A stretch of DNA of 15,844 bases from Methanobacterium sp. (GCA_003166335.1 PMWA01000111.1:11639-27482), one strand, 5' to 3'. Shown: positions 1 to 6,937, counted from the stretch's first letter. Numbers and translations: made by a program. Notes: a model not told the origin generated them from the sequence alone.

Positions 1-1901
1 ATAACCCATTCAATCCCATTTTTATCATATTCCCCAGCTATAATTTTGTGCTGCAAAGTTTCATCTCTTTCATGATTAGCAACTTTATTATCGGCATGGA
101 TCAATAGGAGCCTCCTCTGATACCCCTCACCAACTATAGGGGGTAATGTATTTCCACTACTAAAGAGCCGAGGAATTTGTTCATTTCCTGCCTGTATTGT
201 TTTATTTTCCCCTTTAATCTCTACTTCTAATCCATTTCCAGTGGTTATGGTATTTAGAGTTCCTATGCTCTTTAACATTCCATTGTTCAAATCATCATCG
301 ATATTTATATCTCTATCAATAAGTGTATGGAGTGTAAACCTTTCGTTAGCATTGATAGTGTTGATAGGTAAGTTACTATAATTAAAAATTCGCATCAAAA
401 TTGAGTTTAGAGTGGATTTACCACTGCCAGATCTTCCTACTACAATAGTGTGTTTACCTAATAGATTTTGCCCCATAAACGCATGGCCAACAGACCTCAT
501 CCATCTTTCTTGATTTTTAGGATGGTTTTTATCTTCTAAGATATCTTCAATAATTTCTCCAATCCTACCCGGCGGTGCATTATTATTCCAATCCAAATTA
601 AGGGTAATTTTAGGAGTTTCATTATATGCCATTTTGGCTTCATTAAATTTCCGAGTTCTTGTGTCTAAAATTCCGTTGTTGAACTCTATCAAATTGTAGT
701 TTTTCTTAATAGGATTTGTTACGTATTTAAGTACTTCATAACATCTGCGAGAGCTTATGCTATTCACTGTAAATACCTTATTGCAGAATTTTATGATGTC
801 ACGGTCATCAATATCCCTAAATTGTCCCTCATCCGTCTTTTCATAATATTTATTAGTGTTTAAATTCTTATAAAGCTCTAATTCACTATTCACATAATCC
901 GCCACTAACTTAACTGGCGGTTCCTTATTGTTATTCAATAATTGGAGTATTTTGAATTTAATTCTACCATTACTGCCTTTATTTAATTCCATTAATTTAT
1001 CAATATCTATCGGTGAAAAATGTTCTTTAAGCCATTTGAAACCTATAATCTCTTTAAGTGGTTTTTGGAAGGTCTTTTCAATTTTTTGTAATCTTTGGTC
1101 TAACTCCTCATCATCTGAGAAGACAGCATTAATTATTTTTTTAACATTTTCTTTGGTATATCCTTCCTTTCTTAGGAATCCTATCAATGCTAAACTATAT
1201 TCATCCCGGGTCCCTGGTTCATAATATTTTCGTAGCAATTTGATGATATCTTCTTCATATTCCGGTTTAGTTATTGATAATTGTCCTTTATCAATTAAAT
1301 TGTTTAAAATATCTTGTAGCACCAGATCACTATTTTCCACACATTCTATTTTATCAAATGATTCTGGTAGTCTTTGGTAAAATTCCTTTTTTCCTTCTTC
1401 ATTCCAACGGTAGTCTGAAACAACATATTTACCCTTACCTCTCCCGGTATTTGTTTGGTAGTCAATGTTGATCTTTGGCTGATTTGCTTTTGGTTTATCC
1501 TTACTAAGGAGGTATATGTGGACCCCGCCACTTGGAGTTTCCACTGAATAAGTTTGTTTTATAATAGGTTCACATGCACTTTTTAGCTCATCGAGTGCAA
1601 TATGACCTTTTCTTTTAGGAATATCAAGATCTATGACGACTAAGTAATTTTTAAGGCTTTGAATGTACTCACACTTGATAGCAGTTGGATATTTAGGGTC
1701 ATTAAATCCTTTGTATTCTTTCGGTAGTTTGTCCCAATTTATTGATGGAGATTTACTATTTTTTCCACTTTTAACTTGTTGTTTTCCTGCAATGGCAATT
1801 AGATATCCCTGTTTAAATGCATCCGTAAATAATTTTGTTACATCAATATATTCTCTCTTAGGAGTGCTTTCTTGGATAATCGGATTTGGGGCTGTTATCA
1901 T
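1..1901 (-). CDS. Primase-polymerase (AEP Prim-Pol) / PriCT-like / D5-type superfamily 3 helicase replication protein, 3'-truncated by the window edge (>633 aa)
   Basis: Hand translation from ATG 1901 is open to base 1 (MITAPNPIIQEST...KNGIEWV). Prim-Pol motifs: LVVIDLD (D91/D93), TPSGGVHIY (H128), NIDYQ (D147), GKYVV. PriCT-like segment EPGTRDEYSLALIGFLRKEG. D5_N-like LIEFNNGILD. Walker A GRSGSGKST (411-437), Walker B INIDDD, motif C LFSSGN, Arg-finger YQRRL. GGGGAT lies upstream of the ATG. Absent from the ORF track, presumably because there is no stop in the window. Confidence 0.92.
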   Translation of the reverse strand, partial: MITAPNPIIQESTPKREYIDVTKLFTDAFKQGYLIAIAGKQQVKSGKNSKSPSINWDKLPKEYKGFNDPKYPTAIKCEYIQSLKNYLVVIDLDIPKRKGHIALDELKSACEPIIKQTYSVETPSGGVHIYLLSKDKPKANQPKINIDYQTNTGRGKGKYVVSDYRWNEEGKKEFYQRLPESFDKIECVENSDLVLQDILNNLIDKGQLSITKPEYEEDIIKLLRKYYEPGTRDEYSLALIGFLRKEGYTKENVKKIINAVFSDDEELDQRLQKIEKTFQKPLKEIIGFKWLKEHFSPIDIDKLMELNKGSNGRIKFKILQLLNNNKEPPVKLVADYVNSELELYKNLNTNKYYEKTDEGQFRDIDDRDIIKFCNKVFTVNSISSRRCYEVLKYVTNPIKKNYNLIEFNNGILDTRTRKFNEAKMAYNETPKITLNLDWNNNAPPGRIGEIIEDILEDKNHPKNQERWMRSVGHAFMGQNLLGKHTIVVGRSGSGKSTLNSILMRIFNYSNLPINTINANERFTLHTLIDRDINIDDDLNNGMLKSIGTLNTITTGNGLEVEIKGENKTIQAGNEQIPRLFSSGNTLPPIVGEGYQRRLLLIHADNKVANHERDETLQHKIIAGEYDKNGIEWV

Positions 1902-2038
1902 AAAGACATCCCCTTATCGACCGATATTCCTTCAAGTGTTAAGTAATCCCTGATTAATTTTAGTGGTACAGGAGCAGTTTCCCCCTGATCCTGAAAAGTA
2001 TAGTAGATATCCTCTAATTTTTCATTGAATGACCTCAT
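1898..2038 (-). CDS. Small hypothetical protein (46 aa) translationally coupled to the primase-helicase
   Basis: MRSFNEKLEDIYYTFQDQGETAPVPLKLIRDYLTLEGISVDKGMSL*. Strong SD AAGGAGGT just upstream of ATG 2038. Its TGA overlaps the primase ATG (ATGA, 1898-1901). Confidence 0.7.
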   Translation of the reverse strand: MRSFNEKLEDIYYTFQDQGETAPVPLKLIRDYLTLEGISVDKGMSL

Positions 2039-2066
2039 ACACTTTACCTCCTTTAATATATTGTTT

Positions 2067-2122
2067 TTGTTCAAAAGAAGTGTGAGAACTAAAAAAGTTC
2101 TGTTGGACACTCTTTTTGACAA
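2067..2122 (-). promoter_or_regulatory. Long imperfect stem-loop in the probable 5' leader of the replication operon
   Basis: Minus strand UUGUCAAAAAGAGUGU-CCAAC-AGAACU-UUUUU-AGUUCU-C-ACACUUCUUUUGAACAA: ~15-bp outer stem plus 6-bp inner stem. Confidence 0.6.
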
Positions 2123-2150
2123 TCCATTTTTCTGGAGGAACTTCTACTCA

Positions 2151-2175
2151 TATATAAACTATTATGGTAAACTAT
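2151..2175 (-). promoter_or_regulatory. Candidate archaeal TATA box for the small ORF/primase operon, overlapped by an 8-bp direct repeat
   Basis: Minus strand TTTATATA at 2151-2158, ~30 nt before the leader hairpin. TAAACTAT (plus) is repeated at 2155-2162 and 2168-2175. Confidence 0.45.
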
Positions 2176-2363
2176 AAATGCATTTTTTTCTACTATATAT
2201 AGCTTTTGGTTTTTAGGAAATTAATAAAGTTCTGCAAATCAATATTTTAAATATAGGGGGAAATTTACATAGAAGTGTTGAAAAACACTTAGGCCCTGTT
2301 TTTAATGATAAAAAAATATTCCTTGATTCCAGGTAATACTAATGAATAAATATTTTGTATTTT

Positions 2364-2524
2364 TTTTTACTACTCAATTAAGGAGGATTTGATTTACTAA
2401 CTATTTAACCCAGTTTTTAATTTACTATCCACTTTTATAGAGCATGGGTTCAATCTACTAATCATAATGTATAAGCCTATGAGTATTTACAATTTACTAT
2501 CCTTTTTATGAGGATATCAATTAG
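2364..2524 (-). repeat. Tandem array of five hairpin units, each ending in TAGTA(A/G)A
   Basis: TACTA (plus) at 2368, 2395, 2423, 2456 and 2495. On the minus strand each motif is preceded by a stem-loop: TCCT/AGGA, TCATA/TATGA, CCA/TGG, ACTG/TAGT, CTC/GAG. AATTTACTATCC is exactly repeated at 2419-2430 and 2491-2502. Confidence 0.6.
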
Positions 2525-2693
2525 GATATTAGACCATTCATGGATGTAAAAAAAGACAAACACCATCAACAGTTGTGTTTTAGTAAAATGGATTTTAGAA
2601 AAAAAGAAAAATTAATGCTAGCTTCCATATTATTGTTTATATTTTCATTTTTCAAATAACAAAAATGAATTAAAGTAATCCGAATCATTCAAT

Positions 2694-2711
2694 ATTTTTT
2701 TTAAAAAAAAT
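2694..2711. terminator. T8-A8 palindrome, probable oligo-T terminator for the integrase, potentially bidirectional
   Basis: ATTTTTTTTAAAAAAAAT lies ~17 bp past the integrase stop. Archaeal terminators are oligo-T tracts. Confidence 0.5.
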
Positions 2712-2727
2712 TTCATATATTTTAGAA

Positions 2728-3954
2728 CTACTGTCTTTTGATGAGTTCTTCTTGGACTCTTTTATTACCCATAATTTTATCCAGATACTCATCTCGTTCC
2801 TTATTTTTTGCATCCATCTCTTCAATAACTTGCTTCATCTTCTCGTTTTCTGCCTTACGCTGGTCTAATTCTCTGACAATGTCTTTGATCTGAGATGGTG
2901 CGATGTCGCGTATTTCTACTTCACTGAGAGTTAATTTATTCTCAACTTTTAAATATTCCTGTTTAAGTCGTTCAGGTTTAGCTTTGAAATAAGCTGCACT
3001 GGTCTGGTTTATTTTGTGCCCTAGCATCCAATCTACAGCCATCTTATCCAACCCTTCTTCATAAAGGGTGGTTGTGAAAAGCTTTCGCAGCATATGACTG
3101 GTTAGAAAGTTACGATTTTTTGTTCGTTTGCCTAAATCTGCTTTTTTATTAATACGTGCATAAATCTGTGTGGAAGAAAATTGATTCAAGGGTTTGTTGT
3201 ATTGGTTAACAAAAAGGAGTGTTTTTAAGGACTTTATATTTTTATTCATTTGGATACGGTAAAGTAGATAGTCGACGATAGATCTCGTGCATTCAGTTGA
3301 ACTGAATGTTATATATTCCATACCTGTTTTGTATCTTATCACTTTCCAAGTACCAACCAAGATTTCTTTTTCTTTTATTTGTTCGGCTATTTTAAAGATA
3401 TTAAGATACTCTGAAGGTGTTAAATCAATGTATTCATTGATAGAGTCAATGAATTGTTTGTAATTTAAATTTCTTACTTCAGCAGCACCCATACCACTAC
3501 TTAATTGTAAAAGAATTATTGCTCGATCCCGTAACCCTGCAATAGATACGGCTTTTTTGATATGTTCTTTAGTGGGCAATTCTTCAAAACTAGGGTTTAT
3601 GGAGTCTGATGGGAAGGCTCCTCTAGTTGATGGAGGATCAATATCAAAGCTATGATAAAAAGATTTAATTGTTTCTATATTATTTTTTATAGTGTTGAGT
3701 GATTTATGTTCATCATTTTTGGCGTATTCTATATAATTGAAGATATACTGTCTAATCCTACGTTTTCGACGTTTAATACCCTCATCTTGTTCTTTTTCTG
3801 CTTCGTCTATTAATTCGCTCGGTTTTTTACCTATGAAGTCGCTATATCTTCTTAGTCGGAATAGATATTGGGTTTTACTTGATTGTTTAATCCATTTACT
3901 GCGTAGAAAATCTTTAACAGTTTCATCATTTTCAATATCTTCAAAAGTAATCAT
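2728..3954 (-). CDS. Tyrosine recombinase/integrase (408 aa) with N-terminal core-binding region and C-terminal coiled-coil tail
   Basis: Box I-like RDRAIILLQLSSGMGAAEV, RYKTG (K209), HMLR (H287/R290), LGH (H313), AYF (Y322, nucleophile position). The charged helical tail suggests a coiled coil. Confidence 0.92.
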   Translation of the reverse strand: MITFEDIENDETVKDFLRSKWIKQSSKTQYLFRLRRYSDFIGKKPSELIDEAEKEQDEGIKRRKRRIRQYIFNYIEYAKNDEHKSLNTIKNNIETIKSFYHSFDIDPPSTRGAFPSDSINPSFEELPTKEHIKKAVSIAGLRDRAIILLQLSSGMGAAEVRNLNYKQFIDSINEYIDLTPSEYLNIFKIAEQIKEKEILVGTWKVIRYKTGMEYITFSSTECTRSIVDYLLYRIQMNKNIKSLKTLLFVNQYNKPLNQFSSTQIYARINKKADLGKRTKNRNFLTSHMLRKLFTTTLYEEGLDKMAVDWMLGHKINQTSAAYFKAKPERLKQEYLKVENKLTLSEVEIRDIAPSQIKDIVRELDQRKAENEKMKQVIEEMDAKNKERDEYLDKIMGNKRVQEELIKRQ

Positions 3955-4202
3955 ATAATTACATTAGTAATAATGACTTAAATAGATCATTTTTGGAAAG
4001 TAATTACTACCATTTTTAATCACTTATAATATTTGAACAGTTTATCTGTATATTGAATGCTTTTCCACCTTTTCAATCTTATATTTGTAATTTCTATTAG
4101 TATTTATCCTAATACTTTATTATTTACATCATTTTATAATTTAATTAATGACTAAAAAAAATAGATGAAGATAAAGCTTTTGAGTAAGAATTAAAGGGTA
4201 AA

Positions 4203-4340
4203 ATGGGATGGAAATGCTCCTGTGCCTTGGATATAGTGAACAATAAATCTTAGTTGCAAAAAATTATCTGTAAAAATTGTGGTAAAATTTTTAAAACGGA
4301 TATAGATTCACAATTATGTTTCTATTTAGAAAAGGATTAA
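4203..4340 (+). pseudogene. Small Cys-rich (zinc-ribbon-like) ORF interrupted by an in-frame TAG
   Basis: MGWKCSCALDIVNNKS*LQKIICKNCGKIFKTDIDSQLCFYLEKD*, with TAG at 4251-4253. CxC and CxxCGKxF remain in one frame on both sides of the stop. Confidence 0.5.
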
Positions 4341-4542
4341 ATTAAAAATAAAAATTTTTTTTTAATTTTTTGAATTATTTTCCTAAACTAAACTAATATT
4401 CTATAAATCTGAAACACCTAAATGGTGTATTTTTTACCATTCAATTCATCACTTATTCAATTCAACCATCTAAAGATGAACTTTAATAATAACACTATTA
4501 TTATAGAATTTTTACTAATACTAATAATTAAGTAGTGGGGAT

Positions 4543-5601
4543 ATGGAAATGGAAACAAAAATCTGTATAAATGATGCTACCTTTAAAATGGATAATAAAA
4601 GCCTAGTAATCCAAAGGGATGATGGATTTTTATCAATTGGCAGTCCCACAATTGGGAGTGGTGTCAAAACTGTGAAATCTATAATAAATTTCGGGGCAAA
4701 ATATGATGAAGATTCACCACTTAACAGCAAAGAAGAAGAGAAGTTTTTAGAAGATTTTATAAATGATAACAATGTATTTAAACCTGCAGCTGCCATGATG
4801 GGTTATTATGATATAAAAAGTAGTGTGAATATTACTATTGGAAATGTAACAGCTTTAGTAAACGCAGATTATGAAAAAAATAATTCAATGAATATTATAG
4901 TGATTATAGATAAAAAATTAAATGAACGAACTCTTTTAAGATTATTTAAAGCTGTTGTTGAAGCAAAATCTGCAGCGTTATGGGATTATGGTGTTATTAA
5001 CCACTTCTCATTCGATCCTCTTGATGGGGGAATGGAATCCATTTTAGTGGCGTGTTCGGGATCTGATGAATTCACAGCACCAGAAGAAGTTGAAGACCAG
5101 TTTAATCTTCAAAAAATAGTTGAAAAATGTGTTAGGGACGCGACAGGTGGAGCTTTGAGGAATTGTGGATTTCCTAAAAGTGTAATTGATTTCATTAATG
5201 ATGTTGGCATTGAAGTGGAAGATTTAGTTGAAGCCGGGATGGAACTCCTTGTAGGAGTTGAAAGAAATGAAGAAATTAGTATTAAACTTCATAATCAAAT
5301 ATTAAAGTCATTAGAAGATTTAAATGTAGTTTCATTTATTATTGCTGGAATAAGACTCGAAGAAGATTATGAAAAGCATAGAGTGAAAGGCGTAAATGTG
5401 GATGATGACCCTGCGTACTTATACTCTGATGAAATAATGGGAATGGCTGTGGCTAATCAGATTGCTGGAACTAAAGCTATTTTTAATTTCAAAAGATACG
5501 ATGAAGCGAAACCTGGTGTAATAGGCAATCTTGGTCCTGTGCTTGATGATATATTTGCAGGATTAGTTTCGGGATGTATGTCAAAGATATTTGAGGATTA
5601 G
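4543..5601 (+). CDS. cobZ: CbiS-like fusion: divergent N-terminal CbiZ (adenosylcobinamide amidohydrolase)-like domain plus C-terminal CobZ/PgpA-like alpha-ribazole phosphatase domain
   Basis: C-terminal motifs [24 protein letters not shown] and [14 protein letters not shown] match archaeal CobZ. N-terminal MNIIVIID...VEAKSAAL is CbiZ-like. Directly upstream of cobS; SD GGGGA. Confidence 0.75.
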   Translation: MEMETKICINDATFKMDNKSLVIQRDDGFLSIGSPTIGSGVKTVKSIINFGAKYDEDSPLNSKEEEKFLEDFINDNNVFKPAAAMMGYYDIKSSVNITIGNVTALVNADYEKNNSMNIIVIIDKKLNERTLLRLFKAVVEAKSAALWDYGVINHFSFDPLDGGMESILVACSGSDEFTAPEEVEDQFNLQKIVEKCVRDATGGALRNCGFPKSVIDFINDVGIEVEDLVEAGMELLVGVERNEEISIKLHNQILKSLEDLNVVSFIIAGIRLEEDYEKHRVKGVNVDDDPAYLYSDEIMGMAVANQIAGTKAIFNFKRYDEAKPGVIGNLGPVLDDIFAGLVSGCMSKIFED

Positions 5602-5648
5602 AGAAATGTATTACAGGGTTCACTTTGATATTTGGGGATGTTTCCAAA

Positions 5649-6404
5649 ATGAAATTTCTTAATGGAATATTAGGTTTAGTATCATTCTCAACTATACTCC
5701 CATTGCATATCCATGCTAGCATTCAGGAAATGTCAAAGTTTACCTGGTTATGGCCAATAATCGGAGGATTCATTGGAATAATAATAGGAACTTTAGGATT
5801 TACATTAATAAATATAATTCATCTACCCCAACTTATAGCTGCAGGATTAATTTACAGTTTTGCCATCTGGTTTACCGGATTCCATCATTTAGATGGTTTA
5901 ATCGATTTTGGCGATGGCTTGATGGTTCATGGGGATTCTAGAAGAAGAATAGAAGTTATGCGTGATCAAAGAATTGGAACTGGAGGTTTAGCCTACCTAT
6001 TTATGGTTGCCATTATAACATTTGCTTCACTTGCAACCATTCCCGCAATCATTGTATTCCCTATCCTATTTATATCTGAAATATCGGCCAAAGTAGGATT
6101 AGTGACTTGTTGTACCTTCTCCAAGCCATTTGAAGATGGAACAGGTAGATTCTTTATAAATGCTATGGATATGAAAAAACTCATTTTAATACTCATAATA
6201 ACGTTATTTATAGGATTTTTAACCCTTAAAACAGTGGGCATTCTAGGAATAATCGGAGGGTTAGCTGGTGGAATGATTATTTCATTAGTAGCAGGTAGAA
6301 ATTTCGAAAAAGCTACAGGAGACGTATTAGGGGCTTCTAATGAAATATCCCGGATGATTGCCCTTGTAATTATGATTTTAGTTGTTACAGGTTTGATAAT
6401 ATGA
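5649..6404 (+). CDS. cobS: Adenosylcobinamide-GDP ribazoletransferase (cobalamin synthase)
   Basis: TGFHHLDGLIDFGDG, VMRDQRIGTGG and TGDVLGASNE motifs; multi-pass membrane protein. ATG 5649 follows a GGGGATG SD and is preferred over TTG 5625. Confidence 0.95.
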   Translation: MKFLNGILGLVSFSTILPLHIHASIQEMSKFTWLWPIIGGFIGIIIGTLGFTLINIIHLPQLIAAGLIYSFAIWFTGFHHLDGLIDFGDGLMVHGDSRRRIEVMRDQRIGTGGLAYLFMVAIITFASLATIPAIIVFPILFISEISAKVGLVTCCTFSKPFEDGTGRFFINAMDMKKLILILIITLFIGFLTLKTVGILGIIGGLAGGMIISLVAGRNFEKATGDVLGASNEISRMIALVIMILVVTGLII

Positions 6405-6937
6405 AAATTTATGTTTTAAGACTTGATCATCGGAGAAGAAGGGATGCAAGGATAACCACACATGTATGTTTAACAGCAAGAGCTTTTGGAGCTTCTAAAG
6501 TTATTTTAAGTGGAGATGAAGATATTAAACTAATTGAAAATGTCAGGGACGTGACAGAACGATGGGGAGGTAAATTTAAAATCGAATACCGTAAGAACTG
6601 GGAGAATTTTCTGGAAGAATGGAAAAAGAATGATGGTGAAATAATCCATCTTACAATGTATGGTGAACCCGTACAGGAGGTGGTGGGAAAAATAAAAGAA
6701 TCATTTCAAGATATACTTGTAGTGGTGGGAGGATCTAGAGTTCCAGGCAAAGTTTACAGAGAAGCTAATTGGAATGTTTCCGTGACTACACAACCACATT
6801 CAGAAGTTTCTGCCCTATCGGTATTTCTTCACTTGTTTTTCGAAGGAAAAGAGTTAACTAATAAATTTGAAGGTGGAAAATTAGAGATTCAACCCAGTGC
6901 AAATGGCAAAAGAGTAATTAACTCAGATGAAAGCTGA
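6401..6937 (+). CDS. trm56: tRNA (cytidine(56)-2'-O)-methyltransferase aTrm56 (SPOUT)
   Basis: LRLDHRRRRDARITTHVCLTARAFGA, HLTMYG and QPHSEVSAL motifs; ATGA overlap with cobS. Confidence 0.95.
   Translation: MKIYVLRLDHRRRRDARITTHVCLTARAFGASKVILSGDEDIKLIENVRDVTERWGGKFKIEYRKNWENFLEEWKKNDGEIIHLTMYGEPVQEVVGKIKESFQDILVVVGGSRVPGKVYREANWNVSVTTQPHSEVSALSVFLHLFFEGKELTNKFEGGKLEIQPSANGKRVINSDES

Larger units (their letters stand above)
1..4000 (-). mobile_element. One end of an integrated element (integrative plasmid, virus satellite or provirus-like) with integrase and primase-helicase replication module; continues beyond the left window edge; right boundary approximate
   Basis: Co-oriented tyrosine recombinase, small ORF and Prim-Pol/SF3 helicase lie next to a housekeeping block starting at 4543. 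No att repeat or tRNA is identifiable in the window. Confidence 0.8.

Noticed and set aside
928..1953. ORF-track entries 928-1224(+), 1274-1471(+), 1346-1531(-) and 1663-1953(+)
   Set aside because: They are antisense or off-frame shadows of the motif-rich primase-helicase frame.
2039..2122. N-terminal extension of the small ORF to a TTG at 2122 (74 aa)
   Set aside because: The strong SD sits before ATG 2038, and the extension runs through the leader hairpin.
2381..2400. AGGAGG SD-like sequence on the plus strand
   Set aside because: It is followed only by TTG-ATT-TAC-TAA and is better explained as part of a hairpin stem in the array.
2364..2524. CRISPR mini-array or type III antitoxin repeat interpretation of the TAGTA array
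   Set aside because: The constant part is only ~7-12 nt, the period varies from 27 to 39 nt, the variable parts are self-complementary, and no cas or ToxN-like gene is in the window.
4251..4253. Pyrrolysine readthrough of the in-frame TAG
   Set aside because: No pyl genes are in view and Methanobacteriales are not known to use pyrrolysine; a nonsense mutation is simpler.
3955..4542. tRNA or tRNA fragment as the attachment site
   Set aside because: No GC-rich cloverleaf or TTCRAATC-type T-arm is visible.
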